From assembly GCA_903813345.2 (NCBI GenBank), contig CAIIXF020000001.1:32302001-32366000 (forward strand): DNA of 64,000 bases. Direction: 5' to 3'. Shown here piece by piece: positions 12,461 to 25,241 of this stretch. Within the stretch, counting starts at the first letter, position 1. Every line of letters starts with the position of its first letter. The position numbers were made by a program, and so were the translations under genes. The DNA comes from Owenia fusiformis (taxonomy: Eukaryota). The notes under the pieces were generated by a model that saw only the letters and a program-made list of their open reading frames with translations, was not told the DNA's origin and ran no database searches.

Positions 12461-14112
12461 TTAACTTTTGACAGTATGTATACGCAATATATGCTCTAAA
12501 TAGTACACGTTTATTATAGTAAACATTCTTTTCATAATAATTGATGAGTGTATAACAAGAATTGTCATATAAGACTGAGCATTTTTTTGATAAAACCTAT
12601 GTTCAACTCATGTATGTATGAAGCAAAAATGTTTGTGCCAAAAAAAGTATTAAAGGACTATTCACTGGGGGGTATCGTGATGCAACAACACCGTGTTGTT
12701 GCATCAAGATGGCCAGACTTCCGGTGATAGATTTTCGTACGATATTTTGTTTCCCCAATTAAACCCATTTCTAGGACGAGTTGCTCAATAACCATACACG
12801 TGCAGTTAGCGCACGATCTATATTTAAAGAAACTGTCATTAGTATACATGTACCATCACCAAGAAGCAATAAGTTCACGGTTTTAGTTCCTCACTATTGA
12901 TGCAACAACACCAAACCGAAGATGCAACAACACTCCTCTAGATTTGAGCAATGATGCAGCAACACCAATTGATAGTATAATTTCAGAAGACCATAAATCT
13001 CGAGAGGAACAGATTTTTAAATGCTACTGTTGCAACACCGTTACCCATTACCCATGCGTTCTTCTCAAGGCATTCAAAATACACGTCCTGCGGGCGAAGA
13101 TCCTTTATGTATTTTCAAAAATTTATACTTTTAAATATTATAATGTACTGGACGTTGTTCTATAACATAGTTCAATCGCCTTTAACATGGCAAGCTTTAG
13201 TAACCCAATCTATTTTCATAAACCACTGTTCCATAGCTTGATGACCCTGACTCCAGTTAGTATCATTCAAAATGGTTGACAAACATCTTTTGTTCTTGGT
13301 AAACATGATGAGCTATTGGAAATTATCCGTCATCCATCTGTGGAACAGTGATAAACTAGTAGATGTACGTTACCACTGTTTATCAAATTATAACTAAAAC
13401 AGTGACATTCGTGAGCTTATGTTGATGGGATGATTGCTTCATCTATGATATAATATGATATGATTCTTTATTTCCTCCAATTTGGAGAGCCAACGTGTAA
13501 AAACGTCTAATTGACTTTATTAGAGAGGCCGTTTAGTTACACGTTTAATGGAAATCTTGCACGACGCACATGTAGAATTACTAGTATTGCTCTCTTTGGA
13601 TACCTTCTCTCCGACTGGGTAAAAAGGTAAACAAAAGTGATAAGATTAAGAGCCCAAAAAGGTAAATTGATAGGGGTACAGTTATCCCAGATATCCCGGG
13701 CCCTCAGGAAATATCATATTGTCTCTCGGAATAAAACCAATATTGAATCCCTCTCAGTAAATAACCTTTATATAATAGCATTGTATAACTGCAAAATCAT
13801 TAAACCAACACTCATCCTATACAAATCTTGAGAACGATGTACAACTCCTGGATAGCGTTAACTCCTGAGCAGCGTATACAACTCTTCAACTTGATATATG
13901 ACATCATACTTTGGGTGGGATAACAAAGGATATACAATATACAATTGTAGACCTCTCTTAAGGTCAACTGGCAAAATTGTATACCGATACTGTAAACCTT
14001 GAATGTACTGTTGATCAAGACCAGAGGTCGAGGACACTTTTGCCAGTTGACCGAAAAGAGAGGTTAACAATTCTTCTGTTAGTCCAAATAATATAATAAT
14101 TGGACGAATATA

Positions 14113-15103
14113 CAGGGTGTCTCAAAAAAATGTACCCAAAAGTATATCAAGAGCACAGATAAACCAATCAATATTTTCAGACATTTTTTGCATGGTCATG
14201 TAGCCAAAACATGAAAGTTTTCTCCCCAATACACCATTTTTATTTCAGTCTTGTCTTTTTGATGCTTTAACCCTTTACCTTTTACACCACAAAATCGATG
14301 TAACCTCATATTTCGATGACAGTCTGTATACTTACTGCTACATTGTTCATCACATTTGATAATAATTCCGGTGAAATGTTATGGATTTCCCTTTGGATGT
14401 TGCCCTTAAGTTGTTCTAGGTCTTTTTGCTTGGAATGAGCATTAAAACACTCCTTCAAATAGCCACAGAGAAAGATGTTTGAGGATGACGATGGCAGAAC
14501 AAACACAGATAATCAGGTCAATTATCGGCAAATGATTCAGGAGTTACCTTCCAGAGTTAGGCAGGCTAGCCTGGAGACCAAATGATATCCAAATGAAAAC
14601 ACAGTGCTCTCAAATTGATACACACAACAAAAGCTACACTAGAATCCCAACCAATGCAGTTTCTTGAACCTCTGACCTCTCTGTATAAGGGGGCTATAAG
14701 ACATTGTGAGGGCCTCCCTATTCACCATATTTGACGGCCCATACTTTTTCTCTGAGGCTATTTGAAGGACCATTTTTATGCTAAACCCAAGCTAAGAGAC
14801 CTAGAACAACTTAAGACCAGCATCCGAACAGAAATCAAAACATTCCACCAGAAATATCAAATGTGATGAACAATGTAGTTGTAAGGATGCAGACTGTCAT
14901 CGAAATATGACATTACATTGAATATGTGGTGTAAAAGGTAACTGGTTAAAGTATCAAAAAGGCAAAACTGAATTAAAAACTGTGTATAGGGGAAAAAACT
15001 TTCATCTTTTATCTACAAGACCATGCAAAAAATGTCTGAAAATATTGATTGGTTTGTCTATGGTGTTGATATACTTTTGGGTACATTTTTTTGAGACACC
15101 CTA
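14113..15103. mobile_element. Tc1/mariner-derived palindromic element with a transposase C-terminal remnant in both arms
   Basis: TA|cagggtgtctcaaaaaaatgtaccc ... gggtacatttttttgagacacccta|TA. The left arm (-) reads FLCGYLKE..DLEQLKGNIQREI and the right arm (+) reads PYSPYLT..GYLKDHFYAK..DLEQLKTSIRTEI. Confidence 0.88.
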
Positions 15104-15477
15104 TATAATCGAATATCACGTGAACATATTTGATAAGTAAAGGTATCATATTTTAGCAAAAAATCCCCAAACCGTCGAATACTTGTAATGTTTTACACAA
15201 CTTATTTTTTCAAAATTAAAAAATTTCAACATTAAAAAAACAATTTTTCAAAAATAGGGGTCAACAGTACCTAGTAGTGGTCAACAGTTTACAATTGTCA
15301 CATCACGGCGCACTCGTTGGTGAATTAATGTTAATTTTAAGTTTCTATTTGTATTTTTGTTATACTTGTCGCCTAGTAAAGTCATTTTCATCAACGTTTA
15401 CAAAATGTCCGTCTTTCATGTTTTTTTGTGACGTCATGAAACTTTTTTTCAGATGTAGCGGTCAACAGTACATAATT

Positions 15478-15650
15478 TTGACCGCTAATCACCAAATCAG
15501 AATCGAGTATTTCAGTTGAGGTACTAACAATACATTTTGTTGACCGCTCATCAACCAATCAGAATCGAGTATTTCAGTTAAGGTACTAACAATACATTTT
15601 GTTGACCGCTCATCAACCAATCAGAATTGAGTATTTCAATTGAGGTACTA
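15478..15650 (+). repeat. 62-bp minisatellite, ~2.8 copies
   Basis: Units start ttgaccgct at 15478, 15540 and 15602. Confidence 0.9.
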
Positions 15651-16460
15651 AAAACACAAAATGACTGATAGCTGTTGTCTTTCCAAAATTATTAGTTATT
15701 TGTAAGCAATTTCCATACGGTAAATCAAGGGTATTTAATTTAGAAAATGTATAATCTTTATTTTTTAGATACAATATCAATGAGATTGCCTCCCGGGGAT
15801 TCTGTATTCTATTTAGTTTGCCTTGTATATCCTTTTAACTTTGGTATAGACAAAGAAACCAAACAAAATACGTTTCGTTCATGGACCACTGACTCACGCG
15901 TTTTATTCATGTCCCGACCTACACCTGTAAACAGAACATAAATCAGTTTCTTTTGTTGTTCAATGATACATCATATTGGCGTTTTTGCATCAGCACATTG
16001 GTGTTGTTGCATCATCGATAAGAAACAGAGTGGTGTTGTTGCATCAACAGTGAGGAATTAAAACCACGAATTTATCGCTTCTTGATGATGCTACGTGTAT
16101 ACCAATGACAATTTTTTAAAATATAGATCATGCGCTAACTGCATGTGTATGATTATAGAGCAACTCGTCCTAGAAATGGGTGTAAATTGGGAAAACAAAA
16201 CATCGTACGAAAATCTATCACCGGAAATCTGGCCATCTTGATGCAACAACACGGTGCTGTTGCATCACGATACCCCCCAGTGCTATTGGATGTAAATATC
16301 AGTTGTAGCTTAAAGGCCTAAAGCTAACATTGTTGGTAACTTCTTTTGATCCTTAAAGTGGTACTTAGATCAACAATCACCTGTTGTTTATATGTACTAT
16401 ATGAGATTTATTTTGCATTGCAATACATGTACAATTGGTTTAAAGATGCAGACCCATTAT

Positions 16461-16470
16461 AAGGGGAGGA
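16461..16470 (+). promoter_or_regulatory. Polypurine tract of the Gypsy element
   Basis: aaggggagga, 1 bp upstream of the 3' LTR. Confidence 0.85.
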
Positions 16471-16471
16471 T

Positions 16472-16659
16472 TGTTGTATATTTGATTGATTTAAGTGATT
16501 GTTCCATTGTGTTAGCACAACTAATAATTATTGGCAATAGGTATCACTAGTATCAGCCTCGTTTTGAAATATAGATTGAATACAGAATATGAAAGTTGTG
16601 TTCATTTATTACTTTGGGATATTAATAGACATTTGCATCTATAATTGACATATCCTACA
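16472..16659 (+). repeat. 3' LTR of the Gypsy element
   Basis: tgttgtatatttgattg...atcctaca, followed by TSD gaaga. Confidence 0.93.
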
Positions 16660-17090
16660 GAAGACATTTCTCAAAGTCTGCAAAAACTGTAAAAATCCAG
16701 TCAAACAAATAAATGGTTCTCTCCCTACTTCAAGTTTCTTTTATTACAATTAGGGAGGATGATTCCTAAAAACCAAATAGAAGTCGTATTTAGACACATA
16801 GTTCCAGTACATGAATCCGTTGGGTTCACGATAAAGGTATTCTTCACTACAACAATAATGTTATGAATATAACCTTTTTATTTTGCTGTTCTTCAATTTG
16901 TCGCAAAACATTTTGCGAATTATTTTGTAAGCCTTGAATGGGTCATACATTTTTAATAAGATCGACCTTTGAGTACTATATATCTCTCTCCATACTAATT
17001 ATCTTCAGACAATCAACATAAGTGCTCCTAAGAGGACTGCAATTCGATTCAGATGAAATATAATACAGCAATGTATCTGTTTCTGATTAG

Positions 17091-17604
17091 TTTTTTTTAT
17101 GTTTCCGCCATATAGTGAGGGGCCTAGGCGCGTCCATTGCCATTTTAACCAAACTTCAGGAAAAACGGCGTCACAATTACTTTATTTCAATATCTTCTTC
17201 AACTCACTTCGTCGTCATTTCTGTATTTGTTTGTAGTCTTGTCTACGCGTTTCCAGACGATTTTTTTGACGGATTAGTCGAATATTAGTCGAATTATTAG
17301 TCGAATTCTTTTTATTACAAACCTCGAACTGATTTGTTTTTGGACATTCTGGGTCAATGTTAGGACGCCTTTTTATTTCCGTCCTAAAATCTTGAAAGTT
17401 TTTTTCCACCCAAACCGTTTGACGGATCGGTTTTAAATTTTCAGAGATGATTCTTGATATAAAATCTCAAACTTAATAGCTTTTGGACAATGTTAAGACG
17501 GCCATTTTGGATTTTTCTCTCAAAATCTTGTCTCTTTACTACCTAGTGTTGGACATTCAGGATGAGAAATCTATAGAGAATCACCTATTGGTGGGGACCT
17601 TGTT
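17091..17604 (+). mobile_element. Possible Helentron-associated (HINE/DINE-like) non-autonomous element
   Basis: T-run start and ...CTTGTT end; imperfect subterminal IR gtttccgccatatagtga / tcacctattggtggggac; no TSD. Confidence 0.4.
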
Positions 17605-18812
17605 CGTGTCCCTGTGTGAATTGTTGTCAGACGTTAACATGAGGAAGTAGTGGTATTGGGTGTGTTAACATTTTAGTCATTTTACATAGTCATAAACACC
17701 CATTATGGCTTAGAAATGAAACATGTCCAATCTATTGGGACTATATTTACATTGCTGTAAATTCACGAGACGTGTCGCAATTGACGTCTCATGACATTCT
17801 GATGCAAACCGTTATTGGAAATTGAACACAGGTGTGAAATCAGTACCGTGCTTTTAATTAGAGACAAAAAATTATCTCAAGAAATAATATTAGCACAACT
17901 TTTCTATTCAACCTACGTATATGGTGACTGTTTACAGAATAGTTAACATCCAATATTAAATAATATATACTAATACTGTAATACAGGTAACATTATGTGA
18001 ACATACCCACATATTCAGATACACTTAGTAAGCCTATCTATGATTGTTTCGCCTCAGCATAAATACGTACCTGGGAGAAATCTGTCTCATCCTTTTTCAT
18101 GTCATTCCATCTCAAATTACTCAAACTATTTCATCAGAATAATGGTCCCTTAATGGCTCTTTTACAGCTTATAATTTCTATTATTGTAAATGCTCTTCAG
18201 CAAAAGCCTGAACTCAGTAAGCATAAGTTAAGGTCATTAGGAGATAATTAATGTCCCCATCGGTGTTCTACTCCTGTCCCGATGTAACATGCCCAAATCC
18301 CAGTCATGCTTTGAATGAATACTACTTAAACTACACATGTTGTACATATTTGATATCATATATTTTTGTTATAATGAGGAAATAACTTGAATGATAATTT
18401 CTGAGAAACTAGTTCTGCTAGATATAATATGTCTTATCATCGGATCCAGTAGACTTTTCTCTACATGATTTAGCGATATCTTTTGTGATCCCACAAATAC
18501 TAGCATAGTAGACTATAGATAGAATTGATAGCTTATTTAACTTACAAATAATAGTATAACACTATGATACTAGATGCTTGACTATCATCATGAATTATGA
18601 TTATGATCCGAATTTTGTGATCCGAACAAATTCTCAACAACATGTTCCTTGATTTCGTAGGCGTTGAAGTATAGGCCTACATACAGGAATGTACTAAAAA
18701 CCCTTCGACCCTTCGACCCTACGACCTACGACTTACAGGGTGTCAAGAATTTTTGAAATATATTTTTATAAAAACCCTTCGACGCTTCTATTTTCTATCT
18801 TTCTTTCTGTCC

Positions 18813-21097
18813 GATCAACAATAAGTACAGTTATACAAGAAATGTAAACGAAGTGAAAATATTCCCAAAAATTTTCCGAAAGGCATGTCATTTCCGGAAG
18901 TTATGATACGTTATATTACCGAACATGCGTGAAAATGGAACGTTTGTTCGGATGTCCTTGAAAAATCAAGTTGACATGGTTACCAAAACCTAATAGTTGC
19001 CATGGCAACCATAGAAATGGGCTAAAAAAGAGAGCAAAAAGCACCCAAACCCACCATAATGGCAATTTTTAAAATATTTCTAGATATACAAATTTTCTTA
19101 AACTTTGATATCATCATAGGCTTTCAACTAGAAGGGTAGGCAACTTCCCATATTTCATACATAAACATTGCCATGGGTTTTCAAAATTGGAGAATGTACA
19201 CATTCCAAGAAAATCTTATTTTGTACTTTTTATTGATGATTAAAAGAAATAACTCAAAAATAAAAACATGATCTTGTACATACATCTTGATAATTTAATA
19301 AAGATTGGAATTCATCATAATTATGACAATACAGAAAGTGAACATTCTCCCACAAATTATGTTTTTATTGGAATGTGTTCTTGAATAATTACCCACAATG
19401 CAATACTCAAAGAGAACATCTTGATAACTCTTATTCTTATTGGTCTCTTTTGTTTACATTTATATGATATTGAATATATTTTATGCTTAAATCATATTAA
19501 AAATTGATTTTTATTCAAAATAATACTAAAACATATACATTTACTCTTATACTTTTTGAAATATTGCCATAAAAGGGAAGCATGTCATTGCTCATTTTGA
19601 AGATCTCATGTTATTACATAGAGTTGCATACCCTTCTAGTTGAAAGCCCATGATATCATCTAGAACACTTGTCAAGAAATTTGGGGGTAGGTTTACCACT
19701 TCGATTTTTTTCTAGGCTTGGTCTAAGTAAAACTACGAAAAAGCATTAATTTTACTTTTGAATCACCTATTATCGCCCAAATGGCTATTATATTTTTTCA
19801 AGGTCAAGGTCGCCATGCTAAAAGTTGAATTACGGAGATAAATCTGCTCTTCAGACAATGTTTTTGATAGCTTTTCTTCACCACAAAACAAAGATCTTTG
19901 CGCTGGTATGCCAATTTCCATGAGATAATGTACGGGAAGGAGGAACTGTGTCTTTAAATGTCATCAAAACTTTATGCCAACACGTGAAAAGGCCATTTTC
20001 GCACTACTTTTGGTGTAATAATGCCATCGAACAAACATTCCAATTCACCCATGTTCAGTAATATAAGGTGTTATTACGGTAAATACCACTTCCGGGTGTT
20101 TTTTAAAACTTTAAAAACGAAGCTATGCCAACTTCAATGGTGTTTATAGTAGGTTTAAGTGTATATACTGTGGGCATTTGAGGTATGTATGTAAAGCAGG
20201 GGCCAAGTTCTTTTTAAATGTGCCATTTTTAGAAAAAAATCTCAAGAATATGGTCCCGTAAACAGGAACTACTTTATTCGTTAATTTTCATCGGTGAAGC
20301 AGAGATTTTACCTAAAAATAAGTCCCTATGTTGGCGTAGTGATATTTGAAAATCCAGACCCAAACCCTATGTTAAATATAGTGTCGAGATGAAGGTTATG
20401 TATAGGGGATTGCAGAAATATAGTTATTGTATGGGCTAATTTGTTCGAAAATGGCGATATGTACCCCAGAAGGTGTGAGTACCGTAATCCAACACCAAAT
20501 TCGAAAATTCAGAACAATACTTTACACATATGGCGTTCGTGATCAACCATAAAACGCTTACCATCCCCCCCCTATAGTGTTAGATATCAAAATGTACCTG
20601 TTCATATAGGGGTTCGATTGATCTACATCAAATTATAGGGAGTCCGGTTACTTTTTGAGATATCAGCGTCCATTTATTGTAACTCACGTTTGCTACCATT
20701 TCCTCAATTCTGAGATGACAGGCAACGCGTAGTAAACATGCTCACGCCGGAACTATATTTTGACCTTCATCGCTATTTTCGTAATTTAAATGAAAGTCAA
20801 ACTCCTCCTCTATATTTTGATACAAAATAGTGGCATACTAGGTACCCTAGAAGTCAACTATGGCGTTATTTAGTACAAAACCACAAGTTTTTAAATGGAC
20901 TATATACCTTTTGGCGGATGGATATGGAACCTCATACCAGAACTTGAATTTTGTGATTTTTTTCAATATTTTTCAATGATTTACCGTAGTGACACCCTAA
21001 CGTATCATAACTTCCGGAATGACATGCCTTTCGGAAAATTTTTGGGAATATTTTCACTTCATTTACATTTCTTGTATAACTGTACTTATTGTTGATC
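18813..21097. repeat. Inner ~100-bp inverted repeat pair (probable nested element)
   Basis: 18813-18913 is a near-perfect reverse complement of 20998-21097. A further IR pair lies at ~18911-18955 / ~20025-20066. Confidence 0.75.
19115..19652. mobile_element. P-element-like MITE with CAT termini and 7-bp TSD
   Basis: ATATCAT|cataggctttcaactagaagggtaggcaact ... agttgcatacccttctagttgaaagcccatg|ATATCAT; ~31-bp TIR. Confidence 0.87.
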
Positions 21098-22276
21098 ATA
21101 CGGAAAGATAAGCTGATGTAGTTACACTAGAGTTCGTTTACTACCATTTGGAAGGCGTGTGAGGGTCCCATTCATCAGGTAACACTCATATGTCGAAGTT
21201 ATGTTCTTGCTATTTTTAACAGTTAACAAGCTGTAGGTAGATTAAATCCTACAGGGAGCTCAAGTTGGAACTATACGTAATCATTTAGTAAACTGGACTG
21301 GGAAATCAGAGGTCGAAGGGTTTTTCAATATTAAAATATATTCCAAAAATTCTTGACACCCAGTAAGTCGTAGGGTCGAAGGGTCGTAGGTCGAAGGGTT
21401 TTTAGTACATTCCCTACATACATTCTAATGAAATTACTTATCCATGATAAGGGGAATCATTGATGCATACAGTGTATGATTGCATGCCAGTATTACTTGA
21501 CGTACATGCTAATTAAGAATGTTGCCACACTTTTAATGCTAGCCTGCAATTAGAGCATGGCTGTGAACATTATAAGAACCTATCATTAAAGCTTAGTGTC
21601 AACAGCAGGCTACCCATATTATGAGCAAATGAAACAAACTCATAAATATGTCTGTGGTTATCTTACGGACACAGCGTGCTGAAGTTAATAAGTGCATATT
21701 GTTTATAGACCTTATATGCATAAATGGCTTTTTGTATTATTGGTGTTAAGAATGTGACCATTGTTACGTGGCTTTATGGTCTAACGAAAATAGGAGATTG
21801 TTTCTCTGGGGACGTTTTATTGCCGCTGTATTCTGGTGAAACAACCCATTATCAACGTAAGTAAGTATGATTAAAAAGCCGGTCTGCCTGAGCGAAGGCT
21901 TAGGAAAGGTCATTTAGGAAAAACAATAGTGCTTCAATTACTCGACAGAACCCCGTGGACAAAAGATCCTTTACGTTTTGCACAACGCTTGTGTACAATG
22001 CATTTGTATTTTGACTCAAGAGAACCTATGCATATGTTATGCCCGGATGTTACTGAGCTGAAAATTTTGAGTGTCATATTTAACTCAGTACAATATGTAC
22101 TATATCTAGTATATTACCACGGTGTTTAGCATGACGGTTACGTCAAGGCGATTTGCAAAATTTTGCGGTAACGATAACAAAAAATGGCGTATGAAAGACA
22201 GCATGTCCTCTTTGTCGCCTGTAGGCAAGATTCACAGATAGGGTTTCCTTTTCAACTAGTTCCATTCGGTGACGTA

Positions 22277-23152
22277 CACTCCCCTCCATAAGTTTGGCAA
22301 CCTTTTTTCTCCATTGAACTACGTGTTAAAGCCTCTTTACGTTTGAATTTTTATTTACTTAACCGGCGATGAAATAACTTATAATATTAATGGAAACGTA
22401 ACTTGACTTTATTTCCAATACCTCCAAATTTTGTCAATTTTTTTCCTCAATTACAATAGGTCGAAAATTGATGATAAATTTGATGAATTTTTGAAAATCG
22501 TCATCTCCATGTAATCCAATGGGAAATGGAGGGTTCGGGGCAAATCAGAAATCAGGATATCTTTTCAGTAAAAGATTCAGCAAAAAATATTTTCATATAG
22601 AAAATTGAATTGTCTAACTTTTTTGAACACTAAGTGTTTAGTTTATTTGATGAATATTAAAGTTACAACGCTTCAAAGTCATTTTTGAAAAGAATTTTTC
22701 GCCTCCTGTGTTATTTCAATGGGAGAGGTTTTTTGAAAAACAATTTTGACTTTAAAGCCCTATAACTTTGTTGAACCTGAAGAAACATATCAATTTTTTG
22801 TTAAATAAAGTTAGCAAATTCAATTACCTGCCTAACTCGTATTTTTTGCAAGGACTCGGATGGATGGATATTCTGTCATATGACTTGCGGCAAACCTACC
22901 ATTTCCCATTGGTTAACATGGAAATGTCGATTTTCAAACATTCATCAAATTCATCATCAATTTTCGACCTACTGTAATTGAGGAAAAAAATTGAGAAAAT
23001 TTGGAGGTATTGGAATTAAAGTCAAATTACGTTTCCATTAATAGTATAAGTATTTTCATCGCAGGTTAAGTAAATAAAAATTCAAAGGTAAAGAGGCTTT
23101 AACACGTAGTTCAATGGGGGAAAAAAGGTTGCCAAACTTATGGAGGGGAGTG
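22277..23152. mobile_element. Tc1/mariner-type MITE, family A, copy 1
   Basis: TA|cactcccctccataagtttggcaacc ... ggttgccaaacttatggaggggagtg|TA; long arms; near-identical to 57927-58800 in the opposite orientation. Confidence 0.93.
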
Positions 23153-23959
23153 TATATATGGATGGTTATAAAGAATGGGTCAAATCCAGAGAAGCAGAAT
23201 ATAAGCTGTAAACTTACCGACTGAGATATCCAAGTTCATAATTTTTAGTCCATTCTCGTGTTTTCTCAGTATATAGGTTTCAAAAAAAATTAATAACAAT
23301 GAATCGGGGATACATATTTGAACGAGGTTCGCGTAACCGTCCATCAATTTTTCAATCCAACAAATTTCAGATCTGAGAAAAATCTTCCGGAGATTTTTTT
23401 TGAAATTTTAAGGCCCATTTTTTCAAAATTGGCCTGAAATTAAAATTAAGGTCTAAAAAGGCCAAGTAATGACCTAAAAGGCCCACTTTTGCGGCTTTAA
23501 GGCCTATCTTGGCCCGAAAATTTATTGGGCCCCTACCCCCCTCTAATACTTACATATCCGGACGAATGAGTGTTGCCATGACGTCCTATATTGCATCAGC
23601 AGACCATCAACGTGGAAGTAAGGCGTCCTTAAGGTTGCTTTGTCATGCCAACAAACCATTCAATATAGAAAAGGGTCTTTGTCTAACTTGAGAGTTGAGA
23701 GGTTGCCAGTTGTTATTTCCTTGTTAATGGCTGTGCTCATTTTGGAGTGTTGTCTACAGCATTTTATTGCCACTTTCTTTTAAAGGTGAAGCAAATATCA
23801 TTCATGTCGATGTGTTGAATTATGGTGAATGTAGTTTGTTCAGTACGTATACATATGCTGAAGCTGAATGGTGGCAACCCTGGATAGTCTTACATTATAT
23901 AATTGGTGTACTAAAAATAATGTGTTAATGACAAATCGAAGAAGCAAAACGTGAAACAT

Positions 23960-24530
23960 TGCTTTTTCTCCCGGGGTTTATTCCTCTGAAAATATGATAT
24001 TGACCATGGGCAATATCATATTGACACTCGGTCGCTGCGCTCCCTCGGTCAATATCATATTACCCTTCGGTCGATATCATATTGTCCCTCGAAATAAACC
24101 CATATTCAATTCCTCCCAGTAAATAACCTATATTTATTGAACTAAAAGAATATTACGAAAATGTTAAATGTTAATGCTTTTTCAGTATAGGCCTATCTTG
24201 TCATTTGAAAAAGTTGGAAAAGGTTATATCTACCCCAAACCCACTCAAGTATGAGATACACCAGTTATGCATGGTCGGTTTTGGATATAGGGTATATCCC
24301 TCGGGATATATTTATATCTCCCCTTGATCCCTTCGGTCCCTCCTTCGGTCCCTCGGGGAGATACAAATAAATTTTATTCCTTGGGATAAATAATATGATG
24401 TTTGCCTCGAGAAATATCATATTAGCACTCGGGCTATTGTCCTCAGTCATATTTACCTTGGCCACAATATCATATTTTCCCTCAGAATAAAAAGATCATA
24501 TGCCATCCCTCCCATTAAATAACCTCTATA
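23960..24530. repeat. Cluster of TIR-less palindromic repeats (aatatcatatt family)
   Basis: Repeated aatatcatatt/aatatgatatt arms around GC-rich loops, with a shared end ...aaataacctntat at ~24130 and ~24525. Related copies at ~13690-13775 and ~28930-29056. Confidence 0.7.
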
Positions 24531-25241
24531 CATAACACATATACATTTTAAAAATACTACTTGGAGAATTTTTAGTAGTCATTATAGACTGATGGAACTT
24601 CTGTTGCACAGATCTGTATCAGCCAAAATCCCCTGTCAATTCCCCTATCAGAACTATTCCCGAGGATTTCTCTTGAATTTTAGATTTTTCGTTATATGGT
24701 GTTAATATAAGTTGAAAGTGTTATTATTACGTGCACGATCTGTGGACAATTCGAGAAATACGGGCGTCGGGCTAATATCACCTTTAAACGTTTATAACCG
24801 CCTTAGTAATAAAAAAGCTAGTGTTTCATATATCATTTTGAAGTTTTTTATACGCATTTTTTGAAATGATAATCAGAATCCCATGAAATTTTCACATTTT
24901 GTATTAATGGTGTCATAATTGTGTAACGGCTACAATTATAATTTTCTTATATGGACGCTTGCTGGAATTTTCAAAATTATGTTATATGTTTTTCATCCAA
25001 ATAGGACAAGCGGCAAGTTTACATTTATTTGACCTTCTTATTTAGGTTTGATTTGAATGAGAAATTAACTGCACAATAAAGTCCTTGTCCGAAACGCACA
25101 AAACAATAACCGGGTTGTTTATTTTGCAAATAATATCAAAATAAAAGCTGATTTTCGAGACTTGTAATAAGATTGTCACGCATCGATTTTTTACCACAAG
25201 TACCATACAATATACATATCAATTTTTGTCCTCGAGATATT

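Larger units (their letters stand above)
12663..16282. mobile_element. CAC-terminal non-autonomous DNA transposon with 5-bp TSD (Transib-like, CMC group)
   Basis: CTATT|cactggggggtatcgtgatgcaac ... gttgcatcacgataccccccagtg|CTATT; ~280-bp arms containing repeated gatgcaacaacac motifs. Confidence 0.85.
5237..16659 (+). mobile_element. Full-length degenerate Ty3/Gypsy (Mag-like) LTR retrotransposon with nested insertions
   Basis: TG...CA LTR pair (5237-5438, 16472-16659); TSD GAAGA at 5232-5236 and 16660-16664; PBS-like and PPT motifs; domain order gag-PR-RT-RNaseH-IN. Confidence 0.95.
18686..21413. mobile_element. Mutator (MULE)-like non-autonomous element, 9-bp TSD, with nested inserts
   Basis: CTACATACA|ggaatgtactaaaaacccttcgacc ... 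ggtcgaagggtttttagtacattcc|CTACATACA; ~100-bp TIRs with tandem cccttcga/cctacga motifs. Confidence 0.9.

Noticed and set aside
15478..15650. CRISPR-like array
   Set aside because: Units are contiguous 62-bp repeats without unique spacers, the context is eukaryotic, and there are no cas genes.
22768..22977. ORF duplicated at 58034-58309(-)
   Set aside because: Internal to the two MITE family A copies, with no transposase motifs.
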